A stretch of DNA of 63,028 nt, the filler included, from Lenisia limosa (Eukaryota > Protista > Breviatea), in the NCBI GenBank assembly GCA_001655205.1. It is 7 parts of 7 records of this genome, joined end to end, with 100 filler letters (N's around TTAATTAATTAA, not from the genome) between each part and the next. Parts side by side here need not be neighbours in the genome. Positions count along the whole stretch, not along the records: positions 46,675 to 52,246 come from LPNZ01002377.1; positions 52,347 to 58,692 come from LPNZ01009700.1; 5 more parts are not named here. The stretch is one strand, 5' to 3'. The notes under the pieces were generated by a model. It saw only the letters and a list, made by a program, of their open reading frames with translations, searched no databases and was not told where the DNA came from. How positions within the stretch are numbered: the first letter of the stretch is position 1; every line of letters begins with the position of its first letter. Of this stretch, positions 47,546 to 57,500 are shown piece by piece. A program made the position numbers and the translations under genes.

Positions 47546-49651
47546 TCATAACTCCAAAAGCTGCTTGGCAACAGCGTGGTTCTCCCGCTGGGGAGAGGTT
47601 AAGGTGGTACTGTCACAAATTTTAATTTGAATAGCTAAAAAAAATAATACAATAATAACATGACAACGTTCAATAATATGTTGCAGGGCTTGGCTTTGTG
47701 CGAAAAAGCCCCGGTGATGAATAAAGAGTAAAATTTTAAAGAAAAGTTACTTGGTTGTAATTGCTAATGAAAGCGCTGCTTACGGCAAAGAATGTGAGGG
47801 TGGCTTTATTGTAATAGTCTCCGTCACTTTCAATGTTCGAAATGACGTCTTCAAGAAGAATTCCCCTCTCAAACCTGAGAACGTGAGTAGCAAAGTATAG
47901 AGAGATGAGAAATAAAACAAGGTTATATTTGGCGTAAGCTGTCAAGAAAAATATAGATTTACCTGATCATTTGTTTTCAAAATAAATAATAACTCTCTAT
48001 TAGTGGGCTCACTTTTTGACATTACATGCGTGGAGATGAAGGTGATAGAATGACGGGAAGTAGTGGAAAAAGAGTATCACATGGCTTGATGGAACTTCGT
48101 ATCTGAAGAGATTCAAAAATGAGTAGTTAAAAGAAAGTAAAAAACATCATTTTAAAAATCACATTATTCATGAATTTTTCTCACTTTTCTTTGATTGCCT
48201 TATAGAGTCCACTTTGCATTGAGCGCAAAAGGGGCAAATGGGAAGCATCCAAGTCTCGAATGCTCCAAATTGGTTCACTGGACAGAGCTATGCAAAAGTC
48301 ACAACTGGTCAACTTGGGCTAACCAAGAATGTGCAGAGCGTCCAAGCTTGTTCGATTCCATTCAAAGTCGGGAATAGCCATCTAAACCTAATTAATATAT
48401 AGATGCAGATGAAAGAAAATGACTAGGTCCCACCAACCCATTTTTTGTTTTTTGTGATAACTCGGTCAGATTCTGATTTTCCTGAAAGGATATCTTGCAC
48501 CCATCTGAAACAGTCAGAATACTATTGAAATCTGAAACTCTCTCTTGATGACTGGAAGACACAAACCGAGTGCTATTTTGACCCATAACTTCTTGAATAT
48601 AGGGTAAATGGAGTGTACCATACTGGGCTGCTGACTCAACCCCCCTCAATTTCAGCTTTGCTCGATACTACAACGTAAGACATTTCTTCCTTCGCCCTAG
48701 ATTACTTTTTTCAGTTCCCACTCCAACACTGGGTATGTGAGCCGAATTTTGAGGAGAGGATTCTCCGTAACCAGTGTGTACTGGAAAGTGAACTATCACA
48801 AATAAATAGAGGAGATGCTGGGGTGTTACACAAGTCGGTGAAATAACAACATTTTTTTGTTAATATCCCTATGTCTTTTTATGTTTCCCAGATTATTAAT
48901 GTATATATAGTATACACTATTTCTCTTGTCAAAAAAAACTCTTGGATGTTCCAAAAGAACAACTTGACTGACATCAACGCCAACTTTTAGCCCCTTATTA
49001 CCTGGTGATAGATTGACGTATGATCAGTAACATGTAAGTTCCTACAAAGTAACACTTTCAATACACATCATATTGGTGGCCAAACATCGTTTAAGAATTA
49101 CCAAAGCAGTTTACAACACCCAGCATTGAGATAAGAGAGATATGATATGAAGAGAGTCGAACCTGGCTGCCGTTCCAATGACTTCATTTAGGGCGACGCC
49201 CGGGGCCAGGCTCTCAACAATCTGATTGCAGTAAGTGTTCATCACACTGTGTTGCTATTTTTGATTGCTTCGGCGGGAAGTGGGGAAGGCTGCTGTACAA
49301 TTTGTTTGATGTTTGGCAGTAATGATAAGCCCCTCCCCCACGAACCAGTACTCCAGACTTGTTCTCGCCTCGATGGTACACATGGAATGACTGGGTTTTT
49401 CGCTCGCCGTCTGAATCTAAATCATTATTCCCCTGATGTGACTAATGATTCAATGAACTTTGAAAACATCTGAAACTGTAAAGATTAATGAGTTATTATG
49501 CTACGTGTACAGTCTTAGAACAGTTCCGCTGACAGCCTTTTGCAACCCCCCCCCCCCAACTAAGTTCTTCGACAATTTCGAAATCCAGCAGGTTAGCGGG
49601 GGCTTCACTTGCTCTGTCTTCTACATAATCCGATATACTTCCTTCTGACTT
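47546..49651 (-). CDS. DCPS: Scavenger mRNA decapping enzyme (HIT family); first exon/ATG unresolved
   Basis: KIRLTYPVLEWELKK/Y, R/WVQDILSGKSESDRV, PDFEWN, IWSIRDLDASHLPLLR, HYFPSFYHLHLH (HIT triad HxHxH), FERGILLEDVISNIESDGDYYNKATLTFFA. Ends TGA at 47546-47548. Confidence 0.93.
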
Positions 49652-49691
49652 CTGTGGGGGAAAATAAACTTCAGAATATCTTCAAACGTCA

Positions 49692-49710
49692 GTGATACGC
49701 AGCGTATCAC
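49692..49710. promoter_or_regulatory. 19-bp palindrome between divergent genes
   Basis: GTGATACGC-A-GCGTATCAC. The sequence is certain; the regulatory role is inferred. Confidence 0.4.
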
Positions 49711-49737
49711 CTGTACGGTAACTCAGCGTCTTGTATC

Positions 49738-50330
49738 ATGGACTCAGGAGATGCCAGTGAGTAAATTACAGACATCAAAGGCTTTATAGAATCGCACAAA
49801 CTCCTCCCCCCCTACCATGTTGCCAGATTTGGAGTTTGCGAGTTTCAGTGAGCTTATGACCAACACCAGCACGGATCCGCAAAAGAGTAAATCTGCAACA
49901 TTTGTCAGGCTCTCCCAAAAGACCTTTATTCAGAGGACAGAAATTGGGTGGTTTGTAATGATTGGGGAGGTTGTTGTCAGGTATTATGGTGGTTATTTGT
50001 ATTGCTATTTAACATTATTATTAAAATATCAAATTAGTGGAAGAGATCACACAAATTAAAAACTCCCCCCATAGTAGTTTATCGTTTTATCAACATTCTC
50101 AATATTGACCCCCTCTTTAGGCAGGAGCCCATGATCACCAGCACTGATCCGCAAAAGGAGAAAGGGGTAAAGCTGCAACATTTGTCAAACTCTCCCAAAA
50201 CCCCGCCAAACCTGAAGCTATGCGATTTTGGAACCGACGAAAGGCAATGGGGAAGGTTGTCGTCACGTTGTTGATCAGCAAGAAGGTGAACCAAAAATTA
50301 ACTATTCACAAAAGTCCGTTAAGCTGAACT
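49738..50330 (+). CDS. Small multi-exon gene of unknown function with an internal duplicated segment
   Basis: ATG GAC TCA GGA GAT GCC A|gtgagt...ccag| continues in frame to LEFASFSELMTNTSTDPQK. A second TSTDPQK copy at ~50135 has a synonymous ACG/ACT change. 3' structure unresolved. Confidence 0.4.
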
Positions 50331-51089
50331 ACTGCATAAAGCTATATACTGCCCAGTGACAACACTATGGATTTGTCAGGCCACTCAAAATGTCGTTCAC
50401 CAAAATGACAAAAAAGGAAACAATGCAAATTCGCTCAATAGTGTTTCCTAATTAAACAATGCTTTCCAAAATCACGAGTTGGCCCAACCAGCAGCCCAAC
50501 AACCTACCCGCTGCCGCAGCGTTCATTTAAAAGGGCAGAAACACAGCATATGTCAGTCAGAGAATACCTGTTGAGTAGTCCGCTGTTAAAAGCCCCTCAA
50601 GGAAAGGCTTTAGATTTGCTTCTCGCGTTCGCTCCCGGAATTCCTGAGTACTAGAAGTTGGTTATCTTGACATCTTGACCGTTTTATTTTGCAGTTATAT
50701 GTCTGTTTTGATGAAGAAAACCGGAATATGTATAGAAGTTTGTGGTGGCCAATTGGTTGAAAAGCGTGTATTTTGGACTTGTAATCAGCTTAATTTTCTT
50801 ATTAATGTAATTCTATAATCACTGACACCTGCTTAACTGCCTAATTTTATCTTCTTGCTCTCATTTCCCTCTTATTCCCTTTTCAAGGTATTCGAGGATT
50901 GTCGTATTTTTTTTTTTTATTACTCCCTTTTATTGAAGGCTCCCACTGCGAGCCTTTTGCTTCATTCACTTTATTCTCCTCATTTTCCTGTTTTCCGGCT
51001 TGCTCTTTGCTCTTATTGGTTGTGTTTTGAGGCGCTTGAGGCATCAGCTTCAACATCAATAATCTCTTGTCGGCAAGATTCTTTTTCTG

Positions 51090-51640
51090 TTCAAATCTTG
51101 TCTTCTGCCCTCCTCTGGGACTTGTCTTCCCGAATTGTCAGATATCTTGTTAACGTGATGGTGTACATTTTTTTTTTTGATATGGTAGCTTCGACAAGTT
51201 CGTAGTTGTCTCTCAGATGTCTTGTTACTGTGACGCTGATTCATTGTATTACACATATGATGTTGCAGTCGGATGGGGCAGGGTGTTCCTGCCTCTTTCT
51301 AGCCTGGTCTCTCGCAAATCTTCCTCCTTCCTAAAATCAAGAATATGGACCCATCATGCGACAAGCCACCATAAAGAAGATATGTTGACAACCGCCTAAA
51401 GACTCTATAAAAGGGGAAATGTAGCATGTATCACACAGTGAAAGACCAAGAAACCAGGTTAAAATACTAAGAAGGAACGAAAAATACAAACTATTTCTAA
51501 TGTACGTGAAGAAAAAAACGAGACCCCTATTTATAATCATGATAAAGCGTCTCTGATGCTTTGAAGGTCGCTTTCGTGGAACTCACGAAGCAATTCGGCG
51601 GTTGAGGGGTTTGCCGTGGTACCTAACTGGTCAATGTGCG
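51090..51640 (-). CDS. Fragment of a multi-exon gene, unknown function
   Basis: GT-AG-bounded open segments (RYHGKPLNRRIAS; KEEDLRETRLERGRN; TRHLRDNYELVEAT). Frame assignment uncertain. Confidence 0.3.
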
Positions 51641-52092
51641 TTTTTACAAATGTAATAGCTACANNNNNNNNNNNNNNNNNNNNNNNNNNNNNNNNNNNNN
51701 NNNNNNNNNNNNNNNNNNNTCACCAAGATTCAACAAGCCTTGCGACGCTAGATGCTCCTCGTCCTTATTAACCTCGTCCTTATTAACCACGTTTTCTAAA
51801 GTTTGAGATCAAACATGTGAAAGAAGATAATTGTGGAAGCTCATTTTTTGGAAATAGAACGAGTAAGAAAAGATATAACCCTGTGTGTACCTTTTTCAGA
51901 AGGCTGAGGAGGAGGGCAAGGACTGTGCGATTCTCTAAGCTACATTGGGTGAGTAAACGGAGCCTACTTGCATAAAAAGAGAAATATGGGCATGTGATAG
52001 GGATCCGGCAGCTTAACGGATGTGAATCATCGCAGCATTTCAGAACTTGGCCAGGCCCTTATCCCACTCCCAAAGAGTTCCCGAGATCTATT

Positions 52093-52177
52093 GTTCCCTG
52101 CAGTCCCAAAAAAAACTGAATTTCTCGATAAATCCTTAAATATCGAAATTTACCGGTCTTTTTCGGAGCGTAGGGAC
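52093..52177. mobile_element. MITE family A degenerate copy
   Basis: GTTCCCTGCAGTCCCAAAAA...GGTCTTTTTCGGAGCGTAGGGAC with core TTTCTCGATAAATCCT. Confidence 0.75.
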
Positions 52178-52246
52178 TTGTCCATTACCTCCCCCCTCCC
52201 CCCACTTTATTTATCCTGACAAGACTGTCAACAGCGCGAAGGATGG

Positions 52247-52346
52247 NNNNNNNNNNNNNNNNNNNNNNNNNNNNNNNNNNNNNNNNNNNNTTAATTAATT
52301 AANNNNNNNNNNNNNNNNNNNNNNNNNNNNNNNNNNNNNNNNNNNN
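52247..52346. other. Artificial scaffold spacer
   Basis: TTAATTAATTAA at 52291-52302 within N run. Confidence 0.97.
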
Positions 52347-52349
52347 TTA

Positions 52350-53990
52350 GAAGAAGAGTTCTTGAATATTTCAGGTAGTGTCACCACGGAAATTGTGGGC
52401 ACAGTAAATCAGATAGCTTTGTCATTGCTTTCATTGAAGTTTACAGAGTGTAGGCAGGTGAAGCCTAGTTTCAAAAATCACGACCTCGTTATTGTAAGAC
52501 CCCCGCCACTTGTATCATTAACGTCATACCTTGTCTTGCTTCTCTCATCAGAGCAGTCATCTCATGCCGCACATGCTGACCAGACATTTCCTTGACACGC
52601 GTTTCTTTGAGTTGTTGAACTACAAGGAGATAATGTACAGAATTGACAACTTTTGTTATCCAACGAGGAGTAATTTATTCTTCTGGTATCACTCCCTTTC
52701 TATTTCCAACTAACCTTGGGCTTTCAGCAGGGCGTTTTCACGAATTAGCCCTAGAATGTTAAGTGAAAAGATGAGAGAATCATAGAATCATCCCTTTTGG
52801 AGAATCACTCGAGTAACCCAAGTTTCCTTCCAACTTTCGGTTGAATCTACAGAGTTGGAAAAGAATGTCGAGAGCAAGAATTGAAGAATGTTCTCGAAGC
52901 ATATATGAATGGAGGGCCCTGATTACCTTCATCTTCTCCACTCATAGAATCGATGGGATCGGTTCGACAAGATGATGGTGGAAGTGATGCAACCTTAGAT
53001 CATAAAAAGATGACACTCAATCTCATTTGAATATTTAATAAACTGTTCACTATGTCACTATGTGTCATCAATTGGTTAGATTGTTGATGAGGTAGTTTGT
53101 AAAAAAATACCCAACCGAGGAAGCAGGGGATCCTGAAGAAGGACCAGCTAAACGTCTCAAGGCTTCGTGGGTTAACTGAATTGTTATGTGGAAAAATTGT
53201 AAACGTACAAATCCTATTGGTCACGTTAGGTTACCTTAATGGGCGGTGCTTGTAATATGCCAGTGGTATTAGCTTAAAGCATTAGATGAATGTGCAACTT
53301 AACACGATCAAGTGAAGATACGGTTTGAAATTGGTTACGGCAATTATTACACAACTTGATATAGTATAAGTCATACACTCCCAACCATTTTGTGCTGGTT
53401 TGTAATTGTCTGTTGCCAAAACATGTTCGTCCATATCTTCCTGCGTCTTAGAATATAAGAAATACTGGGCGGGCGTAATGAGATACAATGGTCAGCCTAT
53501 CCTCTCCAAAATTTGATGCAATAATTAAATGAACTCCTTACATCTGTGAATAATTTCGGCACTTCAGGAGGGCTTATCTGAAATTGTATAAAAAACAATT
53601 GGATAAGGAAGATAGCTTATATTCAACAAAAATACCTGGTTAAATTGTTCCAAATAAGAATGGCAGGACGAATGATCAAAAGGCTGCTCTAGAGTGTAAA
53701 ACAACAATTGCACTGAATCAAGTGTACTATACCTGGAATTCTTGGATTCGGAAAAGTGATGTGTGGCTCTTGATCTAAACGTAAGCGCAGTAATTATGTT
53801 CTTGAAAACAACCCACCACCTGGGATAAATCGCAAAGGTCAATCTGGATACCTTGGGGGTGAGGGAACAAAGGTAGATGCTCAATAAGATACTTGAGGGG
53901 TGTTGCTACAGCGGCGTTCTAGAAAATGATTCAACTGACAATGGTGACAAGTCGAACTTGGAATACTACGATCCAAAATGTATTCATGTC
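52350..53990 (-). CDS. Multi-exon gene of unknown function
   Basis: Series of short GT-AG-bounded open segments (IKSHTSLFRIQEFQ, ISPPEVPKLFTD, EDMDEHVLATDNYKPAQN, LTHEALRRLAGPSSG). No family recognised. Confidence 0.35.
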
Positions 53991-54533
53991 TACCATTGAG
54001 CCTTCAGTCAAAAGAGAAGGAGAATGAATACCATACCGATTTATTTTGAGATGTTTCCATCAATGCGACGATTTATTAGAAGAGTAAAATAAATGATGAT
54101 TAGAGAGATAATAGTATTCTCTTGGAGTGAGAGGAGGAGTCAGCTCAAGGTTTGACCAAAAGAAATCGTACTTGCCATTTTGGGACAAATGCCAATGGTT
54201 TACGATTGAAGATCTCTATTATTGTCAAGAATTGTTTTAGTAAGTTATTATTTTTTTAGTGTTATTTTGGAGCAGTTTTGGAGTGAGGGGGCATGGGATA
54301 TTTCAGTCAAATCGCGCCCGTAAACGCAAACCGCAAAACCCACATTTATCTTGCCTGTATCCGGGGCTCCGAGCGACGCTTGCGGAGCCAAACTCAAGGG
54401 GATTTTGGGGGTTCCAGAGTGGTCAATCAGAAGCAGATCAGAAGTCTATTAGATAATAAGATACTTTATAACATAATAACATACTAACATAATAATAACA
54501 TCAAATCGCAGAATGGCTTGGTGTTATTAAAGG

Positions 54534-57500
54534 ATGGTAGAGATTAACACGTTTCATCTTGTCTTGCTGCTCCAATGCCTACTGCTGGTCCATGGAGCAT
54601 TTATTACAGATCGCAATCATCTTCCTGAAAGCTTTATGCAAGAGTGGGGGGTCTTTTTATGTTACAGCATCTCCTATCCGCCTTTTACGTGTCAGCATTT
54701 TTCTCCATCAATCATCAGGAGAGTCCCTTTTTCTATTGACCCAGTTAGCGAATCTATTTTGTTTCCAATTTCTTACCAAGAAAACTGCGCTGCATGTCAA
54801 GCCCACGCTCGTAAGCTCCACCAAAGCTAAATTGTAAACGTTTAAACCCCCTCCATATTTAAACATTTTTCCAGTTTTACCCCCCTCACATTCCAGTTGC
54901 AGGGGTAATGAGTGATCGTCTCTGCCGAGCGGAAGAGTACTGTGAACCCTTATCAATTGAGGTTTTTTTGGATACCATTTTTAAATTAGGTTTTTTGTTT
55001 TGCTTTTTACTGGCACTACTCTGTCATTATAATTTTATCCACCAATGTTGCGGGAAGTGAAGCGTTCAAGCAATTATATACTGCCCATGGGTACATGTTT
55101 TATGTATTCAATTCAGCAATCTTGTTGAACATTTGTTTACCCTGCAGCAACTTATCGCTTGTGGAGTGGAAGGTGATGGCTGTTCGTCAGGGTCGGTGGC
55201 GTCCCTTTCCCAATACGCCTGTATGTGATGTGTGATAGCTGCATGGTTATATAGTGTGCTTAGTTAAGTTTCCTTTTTGATACATTAACACCAATGACAT
55301 GATATAGCTGCAAGCGGTTTGTCTTCGGCAAAGGTGGGTTGGTCCGGTAGAATTTCATTTCCCCCTTGTTACGATTGCCGGATAAAAAAAATGAGGGTGT
55401 ATTATTATCTGTTCCAAATGGTTTGTAAATCATTTTAAGAACATTTGTTGTAATTTGCTTCATTATTTATTTGTCTATTTTCACTTCGCCTCCATGTAGG
55501 ATTATCCACTTGTGTCGGTCGAGTCACCGGATCAACCCTGTGATGCTAGTAAAATCAGTGGGGGGGGGGGGGGNNNNNNNNNNNNNNNNNNNNNNNNNNN
55601 NNNNNNNNNNNNNNNNNNNNNNNNNNNNNAATGTTTTGATTTTGATAACATTGACACCTCTAATAGTATTTAGAATTGAAGGCTTATTTACACGGATGGT
55701 CTGGACTGGCAGACGGCTCTCCCGAAGAGATCAAGGTTTGTCCCAGCTGCTATAACCGTTTTGATCTCTTTTTTTGTTATCATCTCATTTTACAACCGCT
55801 TTTGTAGTTTATCGTATCAAAGAAATCCCTTTACTCTTTGCAGCTTGCACTTGTTGATGGGGGTTCTATGACAGCTTGGCTTTTCTTGAAGGAATCATGG
55901 AACTCACATACTTCTGGTGGGTTTAATTTTCCTTTATTTTCCGTGGTGAAAGAAAAACTCTCACTCATTTTCCTCCTATTTAGGAATTTATGACCCCAAC
56001 CCTTCTGAGGATCAAATATCAACCCATGTTACTCGGCTGGTCTGAAGGGGGGGGGGGCATTCAAACGTTTCTTGTGTTTTATGCTTATTTGATAATCACA
56101 TTCATTTTTACTACCCTTACTTAAGTTATATTCCTTTAGGTTGGGTGGAGTGTTGAACCGACTGGTGAAGAATACTGGATCATTGCCAATAGCTACACTG
56201 GGCACAATCAGGTATGTATGCGCCAAACCCCTGTCGTTAATCCACTTTTCCGAATTCCTGAAAAACATTGAAAAATGGACACCCGTTTTTATAACTTAGG
56301 AACGCTATTTCTGGGACTCTGGTACTGGTAAGAGGCTTTTGGTCTGTTTGCTCGCGTGCAATTAAATATAACAAAGATGGTATTAATACAAAATCGACAT
56401 GATAACCTGAATCCATTCTCAATTTTACCTTCAGGATCCCGGGGATACACACGACTCGCAATGTATAGTGACGTCATGAATGTTGAATCCGGAACTGGAA
56501 CTGCATATCCATGTTTTGGAAAATGTCCAACAAGTCAGATGGCTTAATTTCAGTTCCTTTTGAATATGTCCTTGGGCTTCCTTACTGCATTAAAAGAATT
56601 TTTTTTTTTTTTGTACCGTAGAAATCTTGTGAAACTCCCTGGTGATGCCAAAATTCGGCAATTTCCTTATGACATTAGAACCTACTTGCGCCGGACGCAC
56701 AATCAACACAGAATCCATGACTGGAACGTCAGGCTGCTCTGGTACTGTTGATATTCTCTCAAGCTGCACTGTTACGTGAGTCACAATATGCCGGGATTAT
56801 CTTACGCTGTAGTTGTAAATCCGGTTATTGGACTCCTGATTCCGCTACCATTTCACAGTGTTTGGTGTGACGGATATTTGGTATTATTGATGATTATCTT
56901 CATTGTCTTCTGAACATTGAAATGGAAATGTGTTTAGTTTTTCTGTCAAGAATTGCCCACTTCTTTCTGATTGAATAATGGTGTAGAGTGACGGACAGTG
57001 GTCCAAACCGATCCCAACCTGTATCCGTAAGCAGAAGCATTTGATTGAATCCCTATACGAATGTATCTAATCCTTGTTTAGCTAATGGGCAGAAGTTGGA
57101 AAAGGGTCATATGTGTGAGACTGATAATCAGTGTTCAAGGTGGGGACACAACCTCATATTTCCATATAACCTATTCAGTGGCTTTTGCTCGCAGGGTGTA
57201 TGTTGTGAAGAACGATGCAATGCTGGCTGTCGAACTTGTGCACGTAAGGGGTCGAGATGGGGTGTCCATGAAATAAGTATCATTTTTTATCTTCGCTAGA
57301 TACCCTCGGAACCTGCACCAATACCCCGGCTGGTGTCAGAAGCTTTGGCTTCTGCGCAGTATCCAAGCCTGAGGAGTGTGGAACCACGGGCAACTGTGAT
57401 GGGAACGTGGGAAGGGGGTATATGAAGACGAATGTGTCCCCTTTGTCTAATATTATTAGTTTAGATATCATGGGTAGGTCAATAACCGGGGTCTCATATG

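Noticed and set aside
48170-48200. Apparent GC-AG intron in DCPS
   Set aside because: Extending the exon through KAIKE reaches a canonical GT donor (AA|GTGAGA) that restores the KYEVP frame.
47546-48800. Initial resemblance to AP-5 beta C-terminus
   Set aside because: Correct frames give clear DcpS motifs including the HIT triad.
49820-50300. Minus-strand voltage-sensor-like reading (FWESLTNVADLLFCGSVLVLV) possibly fused to DCPS
   Set aside because: The plus strand has an ATG, strong splice sites and a synonymous substitution pattern in the duplicated segment; the minus reading is probably an antisense shadow.
50560-50680. Possible stop-codon reassignment (minus-strand ATG TCA AGA TAA CCA... 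followed by an open frame)
   Set aside because: Well-supported genes end in TAG (RBM39, HECT), TAA (DPAGT1) and TGA (DCPS), and their conserved exons have no in-frame stops. Isolated cases are better explained by wrong strand, frame or intron.
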